This document shows, one piece after another, positions 43,540 to 52,781 of a DNA stretch of 64,000 nucleotides. Position 1 is the first letter of the stretch; each line of letters opens with the position of its first letter. The stretch is taken from assembly GCA_965228505.1 (NCBI GenBank), contig OZ245820.1, positions 2,681,336 to 2,745,335 on the forward strand. Direction: 5' to 3'. The notes beneath the pieces are model-generated. The model had not been told where the DNA came from. It saw only the letters and a program-made list of their open reading frames with translations, and did not search any database. Position numbers and translations under genes: made by a program. The DNA comes from Flavipsychrobacter sp. (GTDB lineage: Bacteria > Bacteroidota > Bacteroidia > Chitinophagales > Chitinophagaceae).

Positions 43540-46101
43540 CTACCACTCAAACTTCTCGCTATCCTCATCTACGGTAAGTCCGCCCAGCAAGCCTAACATA
43601 CCCATATCTAAACCTATACGCACACCCGTCATCCGGTTATTGAAATTGTCCCATGACTGTACCACATCAACCCTTAAGAACCTGAATATCTTATACCCGA
43701 GGTTGTCTATGCCTATAAATGCTTCTGTATAATAGTTGTTAGTGTTGATGAACAGGGTGTTAGTTCCTGCTACTACATTCCACCTGGCCCTGCGCAATAG
43801 CGGCAGTTTATTGGTCAACAACCCGTTCATGTTATACTCGATATGTGCTTCGGCATACAGGTCGGTCGTGTTGCTGTATTGGTAGTATGGTGCCAACTGG
43901 AAACTACGCAGGTATGGCGATGCAATGATGAGCCTGTTGTCTGCAATGTGCATCATGTCGGGCAGGCTTACATAGTTCTTATTCAGAAAACCTCCTACAC
44001 CTATATTGTATTCAATACTACCCAGCAGTTTCATATTCATATAGTCAGACACGGCAAAACGCCAGTTGTCAAAATCTACTTTACTGTTCAGCAAGCCCGG
44101 TATACCCTTATCATATTCCAACGTAAACACAGGCCATTTACTGTACTGCGGCGAGAGAAAATCAGGATATTGCACATAGGTCACTCCCGGCTGATAAGAC
44201 ACAGATGCTTTAGCCAATACAGCATTATGCACCTCCCAAAGCATACCAGAAAGCTGGTCAGGCACATTCGGAGTAAAGAGCTTTTCTCCATCGCCCGAAA
44301 AAGTATAAAAAGACGTGTTCGCAACAGGCAGTCTGCGCTGGAAACCACCCTTGAACTTAAAGGCAAAACCATTACCGAAATTCCTGCCCACAAATGCTGC
44401 TGCCGTCCATCGCTCGTAGAGCTTCATGTAATTCCTGCCGTAGAGCAATGTAGTAACGGTATTGTACAAAGGGGTGATGGTATTTCTCGGGTTGTACTGG
44501 AAAATGTATTTACCACCTTCTACCCCCAGCCACCATTTTCTACTGCGCCAGCTTCTGTCGTTGGTGGTATAAGTAATACGCCCGTATGTATTAAAATGGG
44601 TGTTACTGAAACCATATCTGGTACCTAATACTGTATTAAGTGTTTTGCCGGTATCTATCTGATGGTCCCACCAGAATTTCGGGGAAACGACCACACCTTC
44701 TACTGTGTTGTATTCCATCATACCATTCATCAACGAGTTGGTGGCAAAACGGTGTTTGTTCTCTTTTGTTGTATAGCTGTACCCACTCAATAGCAGGTCT
44801 CCCGCCTTGAATTTATTGCGCAGCCTCCTCATCGAGTCCCTGTATTCGGGCGAGGATAACTTTGCATGTATACTGTCCCGTTTGTTATAATCTACTCTTT
44901 CATCCTCTTCAAGCGGAAGCACTCTGGCATCCGTCCAATAGCTGGTATCTTTCTTCTTGGCATTCTTATCGTATGAGCTGATCACTTTATCTTTAAACAA
45001 GCTATCAGGTAACGGCTCATTTATTTTATGTGCATCATAAACTGCCACGAAGTTGCCTGTAAAATCCATACCCAGAAACTTTAATGTAGGATATTGCACC
45101 TGACTTTTTATCACCCATGTATCTTTCTTGAGCGGCAGGTATGTTTGTTCAATTTGCAGAGAGTCTATACCTGTCAGGTTCGACTTTTTAGTCAACCAAA
45201 GGTTAAGGCTGTGTATTGCCCAGTCTTTATCTACTATGTAAATAGTACCGCTGAACAATGGCTCGTATAGCCTGCGTGGAGTAACATCTATCTTGTAAAT
45301 AGTGTAGTCGTCCTGCATGAACTGTCCCTGAAAACGGTATTTATAATACAGCAGCGCATTTTCACTTATGGGTGATATAAACCCCCTCTCACTGATCTCC
45401 CAGAGCGGATTCACATTGTTATCATAGAAAGAAACAATAGGCGGCATTCTCGACAAACCGAAACCATTAGGATTACCACTCTCACGTACAGAACGGATAA
45501 CAGTTCGCTCCTTTTTCCCGTCAGTATAATAGTCTGCTTCCTGCTCGCTCAGGTATAATATCCCTAAACTGCTGGAATCGGCACCGCCACCACCAGATGA
45601 CTCCATATCATCACCTGAAATATCAAAACCGAAAATATTTGAAGGCATCTCTCTATTACGGATAACACCTTTCATATAAATAGAGGTTTGCAGTTGTTCT
45701 ATCTGCTCTTTATGGAATTTCCTTCTTTTTATTGCCTTTCTAATAATGGCATACGCCGGGTCTTCGGCATTGGCTTTTACAACCACATCTTTCATCTGCA
45801 GTGCCTGCTCTGCTAAAGAAAAATCGTGTGTAATAGTCTCCCCTTCTTTTATCGTAACAGTATACGTCGCTTTTTCAAAACCCATATACTGGCAATACAC
45901 AGTATACTGTCCGGGGCTGAGCTGTAGTATATACTCTGCTTTAGCATTAGCCGCAGTACCCATAGTGGTACCCTTTATATAAACTGTTGCATAGGGTAAG
46001 GGCTCACCTTTGGTGTCAGTGATCACACCTTTCAAAACACCACAGTAACTAATAAAAGGGGTCAAGCAAGAAAATAAAGTAAGTAGTATAGCTCTGGTCA
46101 T
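43540..46101 (-). CDS. carboxypeptidase-regulatory-like domain plus DUF5686-type outer-membrane protein
   Basis: 853 aa with a signal peptide and an N-terminal CarboxypepD_reg pattern (GVITDTKGEPLPYATVYIKGTTMGTAANAKAEY). The long Tyr/Asn/Gly-rich beta region ends ...EKFEW. Confidence 0.7.
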   Translation of the reverse strand: MTRAILLTLFSCLTPFISYCGVLKGVITDTKGEPLPYATVYIKGTTMGTAANAKAEYILQLSPGQYTVYCQYMGFEKATYTVTIKEGETITHDFSLAEQALQMKDVVVKANAEDPAYAIIRKAIKRRKFHKEQIEQLQTSIYMKGVIRNREMPSNIFGFDISGDDMESSGGGGADSSSLGILYLSEQEADYYTDGKKERTVIRSVRESGNPNGFGLSRMPPIVSFYDNNVNPLWEISERGFISPISENALLYYKYRFQGQFMQDDYTIYKIDVTPRRLYEPLFSGTIYIVDKDWAIHSLNLWLTKKSNLTGIDSLQIEQTYLPLKKDTWVIKSQVQYPTLKFLGMDFTGNFVAVYDAHKINEPLPDSLFKDKVISSYDKNAKKKDTSYWTDARVLPLEEDERVDYNKRDSIHAKLSSPEYRDSMRRLRNKFKAGDLLLSGYSYTTKENKHRFATNSLMNGMMEYNTVEGVVVSPKFWWDHQIDTGKTLNTVLGTRYGFSNTHFNTYGRITYTTNDRSWRSRKWWLGVEGGKYIFQYNPRNTITPLYNTVTTLLYGRNYMKLYERWTAAAFVGRNFGNGFAFKFKGGFQRRLPVANTSFYTFSGDGEKLFTPNVPDQLSGMLWEVHNAVLAKASVSYQPGVTYVQYPDFLSPQYSKWPVFTLEYDKGIPGLLNSKVDFDNWRFAVSDYMNMKLLGSIEYNIGVGGFLNKNYVSLPDMMHIADNRLIIASPYLRSFQLAPYYQYSNTTDLYAEAHIEYNMNGLLTNKLPLLRRARWNVVAGTNTLFINTNNYYTEAFIGIDNLGYKIFRFLRVDVVQSWDNFNNRMTGVRIGLDMGMLGLLGGLTVDEDSEKFEW

Positions 46102-46155
46102 AGATAGTTTTTACAGCATAATATTAACTGTAAAATGCGTAAGGTTACGTTAAAA

Positions 46156-46791
46156 TCAGAAGAGGCCGTTTATCTCAGCATCTATACGCTTTACTACTTC
46201 TGCAAGGTCATCATCACCATCTGTAAAATCCAGGTCTTCAATATCTACTACGAGTAATGAACCATCTTTATAGTTATCGATCCATTTATCATAATACTGA
46301 TTGAGCCGCTTGAGATAATCGAGTCTTATATTCTCCTCGTATTCACGTCCTCTTTTTTGTATCTGGTCTACCAACTTAGGTATTGAGGCTTTGAGGTAAA
46401 TAAGCAAGTCAGGCGGTTGCACCATTTTTATCAGCGTGTTGAAGAAGGAAGTATAGTTATCAAAATCACGCTTGTTCATCAGCCCCATATCATAGAGGTT
46501 GGGCGCAAAGATGTACGCGTCCTCATAAATTGTACGGTCTTGTATAACGGTGTCTTTACCTGAACGTATCTCTTCAAGCTGACGGAGGCGTGTATTTAAG
46601 AAATAGACTTGAAGGTTGAACGACCAACGATGCATATCCTCATAGAAGTCTACCAGATAGGGATTCTGGTCTATATCTTCAAAATTAGGCTTCCACTTAT
46701 AATGTTTTGCTAATAGCTCGGTAAGTGTTGTTTTACCTGCACCGATATTACCGGCTACTGCTATGTGTTTAATCGACTTCTTTTTTGCCAT
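46156..46791 (-). CDS. deoxynucleoside kinase
   Basis: 211 aa with P-loop IAVAGNIGAGKTT and the dNK pattern ...NPYLVDFYEDMHRWSFNLQVYFLNTRL... Confidence 0.85.
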   Translation of the reverse strand: MAKKKSIKHIAVAGNIGAGKTTLTELLAKHYKWKPNFEDIDQNPYLVDFYEDMHRWSFNLQVYFLNTRLRQLEEIRSGKDTVIQDRTIYEDAYIFAPNLYDMGLMNKRDFDNYTSFFNTLIKMVQPPDLLIYLKASIPKLVDQIQKRGREYEENIRLDYLKRLNQYYDKWIDNYKDGSLLVVDIEDLDFTDGDDDLAEVVKRIDAEINGLF

Positions 46792-46936
46792 ATCCTCTAA
46801 ATAAAAGACAGTGGATAAATTGTGCAGGCTATTTTTTTGCCATCACACAACTTTAAGATACAATTTTAGTACCCTAATTTATACCCGATGCGAATAAAAC
46901 AGGAAAAACTTACTTCTAATAATAAACTATGAGAAA

Positions 46937-47935
46937 TTAATAATAACTTATACCGACCAGCTTCCTTGCTTCTGCTATGGTTTTTGAAGCACTCTCACGT
47001 GCTTTTTCGGCACCTTCTTTAAGAATCTTTTTAAGGTATGCCTCATCATTTTGCAGCTCGATTGTCTTTTCGCGTATCGGTGAAACAAAATTGACCATAT
47101 CTTCTGCCAACTGCTTTTTCATATCACCATAACGAATATTACAATCATTATACGCCTGCTCATATTCTGCTACAACTTCTTTAGCAGATACCAGGCTCAT
47201 TAAGTGAAAGATATTCTGAATATACTCCGGCTTTTCGCTGTTAGGCTCTGTAGGACCCGAATCCGTTTTCGCTTTTTTTATTTTTTTGCGGATCACATCA
47301 TCTTCATCGGCCAGAAATATAGTTGCGTTCTCATTCTCGCTTTTACTCATTTTACCTTTCCCGTCAAGGCTGGGCACTTTTATGAGTTCATTACTGAAGT
47401 TAAATGGATGTGGCTCAGGGAACAATTCTCCATATCGATTATTGAAGCGGTTCACAAAATTGCGAGCCATTTCTATGTGCTGCTCCTGATCTTTTCCAAC
47501 AGGCACTTTTACCGCCTTATGAATAATAATATCAGCACTCATCAATACAGGGTAGGTCAACAATCCCGCATTTACATTCTCAGGTTGTTGGCGCACTTTA
47601 TCTTTGAATGTTGGTACTTTTTCCAGCTCTCCTTTATACGCTAACATATTTAGCAATAGATACAACTCAGGTATTTCAGGTATATCGCTCTGAGCATAGA
47701 GTGCTACTTTATCGGGATCAAGACCACAAGCCATATTCTCTGCTACTACCCTGAACACATTTGCCTTCAAATCTTTGGGGTCAGGATGTGTAGTCAGCGA
47801 ATGATAATCTGCCACGAAAAAATAGCAATTATACTCTTCCTGCATCTGCACATAATTCTTCATTGCACCGAAGTAATTACCTAAATGCAGGTATCCTGTT
47901 GATCTTATTCCGCTAACAACTATCTCTTTGCTCAT
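46937..47935 (-). CDS. trpS: tryptophan--tRNA ligase
   Basis: Class I motifs HLGNY and KMSKS. The likely start is ATG 47935 (MSKEIVVSGIRSTG). The track ORF extends to 47977. Confidence 0.9.
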   Translation of the reverse strand: MSKEIVVSGIRSTGYLHLGNYFGAMKNYVQMQEEYNCYFFVADYHSLTTHPDPKDLKANVFRVVAENMACGLDPDKVALYAQSDIPEIPELYLLLNMLAYKGELEKVPTFKDKVRQQPENVNAGLLTYPVLMSADIIIHKAVKVPVGKDQEQHIEMARNFVNRFNNRYGELFPEPHPFNFSNELIKVPSLDGKGKMSKSENENATIFLADEDDVIRKKIKKAKTDSGPTEPNSEKPEYIQNIFHLMSLVSAKEVVAEYEQAYNDCNIRYGDMKKQLAEDMVNFVSPIREKTIELQNDEAYLKKILKEGAEKARESASKTIAEARKLVGISYY

Positions 47936-47975
47936 AACGGGCGGCAAGATACAAAATGACAGCTGAAGGATAATC

Positions 47976-48000
47976 AAAAATGAGCCTAAATAGGCTCATT
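47976..48000 (-). terminator. rho-independent terminator after the BlaR1-like gene
   Basis: TGAGCCT (47981-47987) pairs with AGGCTCA (47992-47998). On the minus strand it is followed by TTTTT. Confidence 0.55.
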
Positions 48001-48049
48001 CTTAAAACAATACTTTTCCAAACAAATGATAATGTCTATCGTAATAACA

Positions 48050-49504
48050 TTATTCTGTAGTAGTTATATTACTTGACTCTTCTTTTTTTACATCAAGAGA
48101 AGCTGCTGCTTCTTTTAAACCCACCTGATTGCTACTCATTTTTATCTTCAGCCCTTCACCATTATAAAGCCTATTGGCAACATCTTTTTTAGTCAATGAC
48201 TCATCTTCAATTTTAAATGTTTTACTGCCTTTAACTCGTGGTGTAGCACGTTGCGTAAGTTTACTTGTTTCAGACTTGTCATTTAATGTAGCTACCGGCG
48301 GTGGGGGCAAGGGCGGATTATCACCATCTGATTCCGGAGGCAGCTTAAAGCTAACAGGCAATAAATACTCTACAGGCACTTTCTTACCATCTTTTTCTCC
48401 CGGTGTCCATTTAGGCATCTCTTTGACAGCACGTATAGCTTCTTTTGCTAGCCTTTCGTCAATCGGCTCCTCATTAACTGTCGTAACGTTAGTAACCGTT
48501 CCATCTTTGTCAATAACAAATTGCACTAATACTTTACCTTCTACCCTATCGTTAAAAGCTGTTGCCGGATAATTAATATTTTCTATTAAATACTTATTTA
48601 TACCATATGCAAACTGTGGTTTTTTAGATAGCATACTATTGTCTTTACCTACAATTGGTGCTACCTCTTTTGTTTGCTCACAGCTTTGCAGTGTCACTAC
48701 ACTAATACATAATGCAAGAATGGTAGTAATTGCAATCAGTGTCCTTGTTTTTTGAGAGGTTTTATTCGTGTTTAACATCATGATTCTACGTTTTATCGGG
48801 TGAAAAATAAATGAATGTGTAAATGGTAATGTGCAGGTCTTAAACAGCGAAGACAGTAATAGTTGCGAGTACTCCTTACGCTCGACCCCTACAGCAGCAT
48901 CGGCCTGATATTCATGCACCAGTACTAATTCTTTTTTAATGAAGTGCAGCAGTACATTGGGCCATAGCAAAGCAGTTAACAAGTCGATAAATATTATATC
49001 AAGCGTATGGTGTTGCCGTATATGGGCCATCTCATGTTTAATAATAGTATCGTTGATATCTGAACCGCTTAGGAAAATGTAGTGTCTCCAGCTACCAGGA
49101 CCGTAACCTGTGTTTTTTAACAGTATGTACTCACCATAATGCTCTTTATCGGCTTTACTTATTACTCTTCGAAGTAAAAAGTATTTATACACCATAAAGC
49201 ATAGGAACACGGCTGCTACTAAGGAATACACAATAAGCAACATTGGTAGTAAGCTTTGCGAGCTACCTGTCTTTACCGTTGCGTTAGTAACCAATATTTC
49301 CGGTAATATATTTGACATTGCTATTGACCTTGTTTCTGGTCTCAATTGTTGTGGCAGATATATAAATGGTAATAGGGCTGGCAATATCGTAGTAGACAAC
49401 AAGTAAACCCTGTTAAACTTGTGCATGGGCTTATCTCTCAATAGCAGCAGATAAACCAACAGTAACAAACCTGTGTATATGATGACTTGAAGTAAATAGA
49501 TCAT
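48050..49504 (-). CDS. BlaR1-like M56 peptidase fused to a TonB C-terminal domain
   Basis: 484 aa polytopic protein with HEMAHIRQHH (HExxH) and a C-terminal TonB-like domain (...EGKVLVQFVIDKDGTVTNV...), followed by a Pro-rich linker. Confidence 0.8.
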   Translation of the reverse strand: MIYLLQVIIYTGLLLLVYLLLLRDKPMHKFNRVYLLSTTILPALLPFIYLPQQLRPETRSIAMSNILPEILVTNATVKTGSSQSLLPMLLIVYSLVAAVFLCFMVYKYFLLRRVISKADKEHYGEYILLKNTGYGPGSWRHYIFLSGSDINDTIIKHEMAHIRQHHTLDIIFIDLLTALLWPNVLLHFIKKELVLVHEYQADAAVGVERKEYSQLLLSSLFKTCTLPFTHSFIFHPIKRRIMMLNTNKTSQKTRTLIAITTILALCISVVTLQSCEQTKEVAPIVGKDNSMLSKKPQFAYGINKYLIENINYPATAFNDRVEGKVLVQFVIDKDGTVTNVTTVNEEPIDERLAKEAIRAVKEMPKWTPGEKDGKKVPVEYLLPVSFKLPPESDGDNPPLPPPPVATLNDKSETSKLTQRATPRVKGSKTFKIEDESLTKKDVANRLYNGEGLKIKMSSNQVGLKEAAASLDVKKEESSNITTTE

Positions 49505-49509
49505 AACAA

Positions 49510-49890
49510 CTATTTTTCAGGGTTAGCTTTTTTAATTTCATTCAATATGTCTTCCAGTTCATTGATGCTTATATCTTTTTCTTTTGCGAAAAACGACATC
49601 ATATTTGCGAATGAGCCATCAAAGTATTTTCCGACGAACTGTTTCATGCTTTTTCTGCTGTACTCATCTTTAGATACAAGAGGGAAATAACGGTTAGATT
49701 TACCAAACGTCTCATGATCAGCAAAACCTTTTTCTTCCAATATCTTCACTATCGTACTTACTGTATTATAATGTGGTTTAGGCTCTGGCAGCTTATCTAT
49801 TATATCTTTGACAAAGGAATGCTCCAGATCCCATAACACCTGCATGATCTCTTCTTCCGCTTTTGTTAGTTGTTTGAAATTCTTCTTCAT
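49510..49890 (-). CDS. BlaI/MecI/CopY family transcriptional repressor
   Basis: 126 aa with a winged helix (LTKAEEEIMQVLW...YNTVSTIVKILEEKG), located upstream of the M56 sensor. Confidence 0.85.
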   Translation of the reverse strand: MKKNFKQLTKAEEEIMQVLWDLEHSFVKDIIDKLPEPKPHYNTVSTIVKILEEKGFADHETFGKSNRYFPLVSKDEYSRKSMKQFVGKYFDGSFANMMSFFAKEKDISINELEDILNEIKKANPEK

Positions 49891-49994
49891 GAACTAATCT
49901 TTTAGTAAAACTACTAATAATTTAGTTTAAAAACTAAAAAATTAGTTGATTATTTATTTTTAGGTTTGTCTAAATTTTTATTTAGATAATTACA

Positions 49995-50819
49995 GTGGAG
50001 CAATTAACTGAATATTTTGTTTCGATAGGGCCTGTAAAAAGTGCTTTACTGGCAACGACATTTACATGGCTGCTAACTGCACTGGGAGCATCTCTTGTAT
50101 TCTTATTCAAGAGCTTGCACAGAGGGCTACTGGACGCCATGCTGGGTTTTACCGGTGGCGTAATGGTGGCTGCAAGCTTCTGGAGTCTCCTCAACCCTGC
50201 TATTGAAATGTCAGAAGACCTATACCCGAATATGATATGGATGCCTGCTGCGGTAGGTTTTCTCTTAGGCGCATTATTCATATTTACACTTGATAGGTTC
50301 ACGCCGCACCTACATCTTAATTTTGGTTTAGACGAAAAGGAAGGTGTTCCAACAAAACTTCGCCGTACAACACTTCTTATTCTTGCAATAACATTACACA
50401 ACATACCAGAAGGCCTTGCTGTTGGTGTGCTTTTTGGAGCAGCGGCTAATGGCATGCATGATGCAAGTATCGCATCAGCAATAGCATTGGCTATAGGCAT
50501 AGGCATACAAAACTTCCCCGAAGGCATTGCTGTGTCAATGCCATTACGCAGGCATGGGGTTACGCGTTTCCGTAGTTTCTGGTATGGGCAGTTATCGGCA
50601 ATAGTTGAACCATTAGCAGGTGTGGTAGGTGCATTTGCAGTAATGTATGTAGAGCCGATATTACCATTCGCTTTGTCTTTTGCAGCAGGTGCTATGATTT
50701 ACGTTGTTGTAGAGGAAGTAATACCCGAAACCCAAAGGGATAAATACACAGACATTGCCGTATTGGGCTTCATAGGTGGGTTCATTATAATGATGGTACT
50801 TGATGTTGCTTTAGGATAA
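49995..50819 (+). CDS. ZIP family divalent-metal (zinc) transporter
   Basis: 274 aa polytopic protein with HNIPEGLAVG and QNFPEGIAVS motifs. The antisense ORF 49982-50527 is a shadow. Confidence 0.85.
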   Translation: MEQLTEYFVSIGPVKSALLATTFTWLLTALGASLVFLFKSLHRGLLDAMLGFTGGVMVAASFWSLLNPAIEMSEDLYPNMIWMPAAVGFLLGALFIFTLDRFTPHLHLNFGLDEKEGVPTKLRRTTLLILAITLHNIPEGLAVGVLFGAAANGMHDASIASAIALAIGIGIQNFPEGIAVSMPLRRHGVTRFRSFWYGQLSAIVEPLAGVVGAFAVMYVEPILPFALSFAAGAMIYVVVEEVIPETQRDKYTDIAVLGFIGGFIIMMVLDVALG

Positions 50820-50820
50820 C

Positions 50821-52026
50821 CTACTCTTTTAATAACCGGGTTATACTCATATTAATGATGAGTAACAAACTAATGTAAATAAACACCAATGCACCCCACA
50901 TCTCGATAGTAGGAAACTTATCGATCACCAGCCCTAAGCCATATAAATAACGAGCTACCCTTATATTAATGATAAGCAATAGAATAGCAGAAATACACAT
51001 AACCCATGTTATAGTAAATAGATGCCTCAAAAATAAAAACCTATGCAAGTACCTTGGGCTATAACCAAGTAGTAACAGGCACTTTACTTTTTCAAGATTA
51101 TTATTCCTATTAACATACGTGAAAAAGAAAAGAAGAGTTATACCAAATAGTAAAAGCAAGACCGATAATATCCGGATAGAATAAATAACAGTATTAACTA
51201 CTTCACGTAATTTATTCCACCTTAACAGATCATTATTAGTCACATAAGACCTGTCTAATAAAAATTGCACAAAACCCTCATCAGACGGATCATTTACTTG
51301 AGCTATCAACCTTACAGGAGGCGTGACAGCTTTATCACCAAATAATAAATTACCATATTCTACAAACTGCATAGGTACGAGTATTGAACTGATGCGATCT
51401 GAAAACCCGACTACTTTTGCTGTATAACTCTCAGAGAACAAACCTATGCCAACCTTCATATTAAACTCAAGTGTTCTTATTGTCCCTTCAGATAACTGAG
51501 GAACCCCCTCGTTAGGCGCAATACCATAGTTATATAGGTTGAGAAACTCTCTTGACACAATAACAGGTATCTCTCTTTTACCTTGTTGCCAATTCCACTC
51601 AACCGGTCTTGAAAACAAAAAACGATCAGGGACAGCTTCTACAAAGAGTTTAGTAGAGAAGCTCAATGTATCGCCACTATTCATAGATACTTCTACTGGA
51701 AAAGAAGCGGAGTTATATATCCCTACATCAATAACTTGTGGTAAAGAAGCCAATACATCGATCTCTTTTATACTGAATATACCGGGCTTTTGCTCTGCTA
51801 ATTTTCCATTTTGTATTTCTTTACTAATAGTGAGATAAGTACTCCCAAGTGGGTCTTTCGTATTTCGCCCATTGAGCAAACCATCAAAAGCAGACCATAA
51901 CAATACAGTGAGCAATAGCAAAAGCGTACCGGCACAGAGCATTACGAGTGAAGGCCACAGATATTTATTTCCGTCCTGACTAAGTAACAGGTTACGCAAT
52001 ATTTTTTTTCTCTGCTTTCTGCTCAA
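50821..52026 (-). CDS. ABC transporter permease (FtsX/MacB-like topology)
   Basis: 401 aa with an N-terminal TM, a large extracytoplasmic loop and three C-terminal TMs. It overlaps the upstream ATPase gene by 4 nt. Confidence 0.55.
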   Translation of the reverse strand: MSRKQRKKILRNLLLSQDGNKYLWPSLVMLCAGTLLLLLTVLLWSAFDGLLNGRNTKDPLGSTYLTISKEIQNGKLAEQKPGIFSIKEIDVLASLPQVIDVGIYNSASFPVEVSMNSGDTLSFSTKLFVEAVPDRFLFSRPVEWNWQQGKREIPVIVSREFLNLYNYGIAPNEGVPQLSEGTIRTLEFNMKVGIGLFSESYTAKVVGFSDRISSILVPMQFVEYGNLLFGDKAVTPPVRLIAQVNDPSDEGFVQFLLDRSYVTNNDLLRWNKLREVVNTVIYSIRILSVLLLLFGITLLFFFTYVNRNNNLEKVKCLLLLGYSPRYLHRFLFLRHLFTITWVMCISAILLLIINIRVARYLYGLGLVIDKFPTIEMWGALVFIYISLLLIINMSITRLLKE

Positions 52027-52667
52027 AGCATTAGTTTTTTATCATAAACGAAATAATCGTTTTCAATTGTATCTGTTATCAGTATTCCAGCGCGCGATAC
52101 TGAAGTTATCTCATTTATCAAAGCTGTTGCTTTACCTTTATTATAACTATCCTGATATGAAAAAGGAGTATCAAGCAACAACCAATCAAATGGTTGGGCC
52201 AATGCACGTATAATAGCCACTCTTTGTTGCTCACCAAGAGAAAGCTCTTTTACTATTGTATGCATCTTATCTTTCAAACCCAACTTTATTAGCCATTTCT
52301 CAACATCGTATTCAGAAACGGTATCAGTTAACCCGCGTTGTAACTCTATGTTATCCATAACTGTCAGTATGTCAAACAACTTCAGGTCTTGGAATACGAT
52401 TGATAACGATGATGCTCTTAATCTGGAAACATCAGCCTTATTGGCTTCTATAAGGTTGTATACACTCCAATGAACCTCTCCCGAATAGTCTTTGCGAATA
52501 CCATAAAGAATATCTGTGAAAAGTGTTTTTCCTGAACCTGATGGTCCTTGTATCAAAACACGCTCTCCTTGGTTAAAGGTCAATTCCTGCCCCCAAACCC
52601 ATGAGCTTGCAGCAGTTACTTTATCCTTTAAAGGGTCGGGAATCAGATGATTGATACTAAGTCGCAT
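52023..52667 (-). CDS. ABC transporter ATP-binding protein
   Basis: 214 aa with Walker A GPSGSGKT and signature LSLGEQQR. Walker B reads LLLDTP, with Thr where the catalytic Glu is usual. Confidence 0.8.
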   Translation of the reverse strand: MRLSINHLIPDPLKDKVTAASSWVWGQELTFNQGERVLIQGPSGSGKTLFTDILYGIRKDYSGEVHWSVYNLIEANKADVSRLRASSLSIVFQDLKLFDILTVMDNIELQRGLTDTVSEYDVEKWLIKLGLKDKMHTIVKELSLGEQQRVAIIRALAQPFDWLLLDTPFSYQDSYNKGKATALINEITSVSRAGILITDTIENDYFVYDKKLML

Positions 52668-52781
52668 GAATGTTAAAAGTCAAAGCTTTTAAACTATAAT
52701 ATTATGGTAAAACGTTCCAAAAGTAATGAAACATTTGTGCGGGAACGATATATATTATTTTGAATTTCGTTATATTTAGAT

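Noticed and set aside
43843-44628. 261-aa ORF antisense within the DUF5686-type gene.
   Set aside because: It lies entirely inside a well-supported 853-aa gene on the other strand, has Arg/His/Val-rich shadow composition, and has no recognisable motifs.
49982-50527. 181-aa ORF antisense to the ZIP transporter gene.
   Set aside because: Its Ala/Pro/Ser/Arg-rich composition is typical of a reverse-frame shadow. The plus-strand ORF has clear ZIP motifs (HNIPEG, QNFPEG) and TM periodicity.
52023-52667. The ABC ATPase Walker B reads LLLDTP and lacks the usual catalytic Glu: a possible pseudo-ATPase?
   Set aside because: This is a single-residue observation from one translation. Other motifs (Walker A, signature, Q-loop region) look intact. 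It is not enough to claim loss of function.
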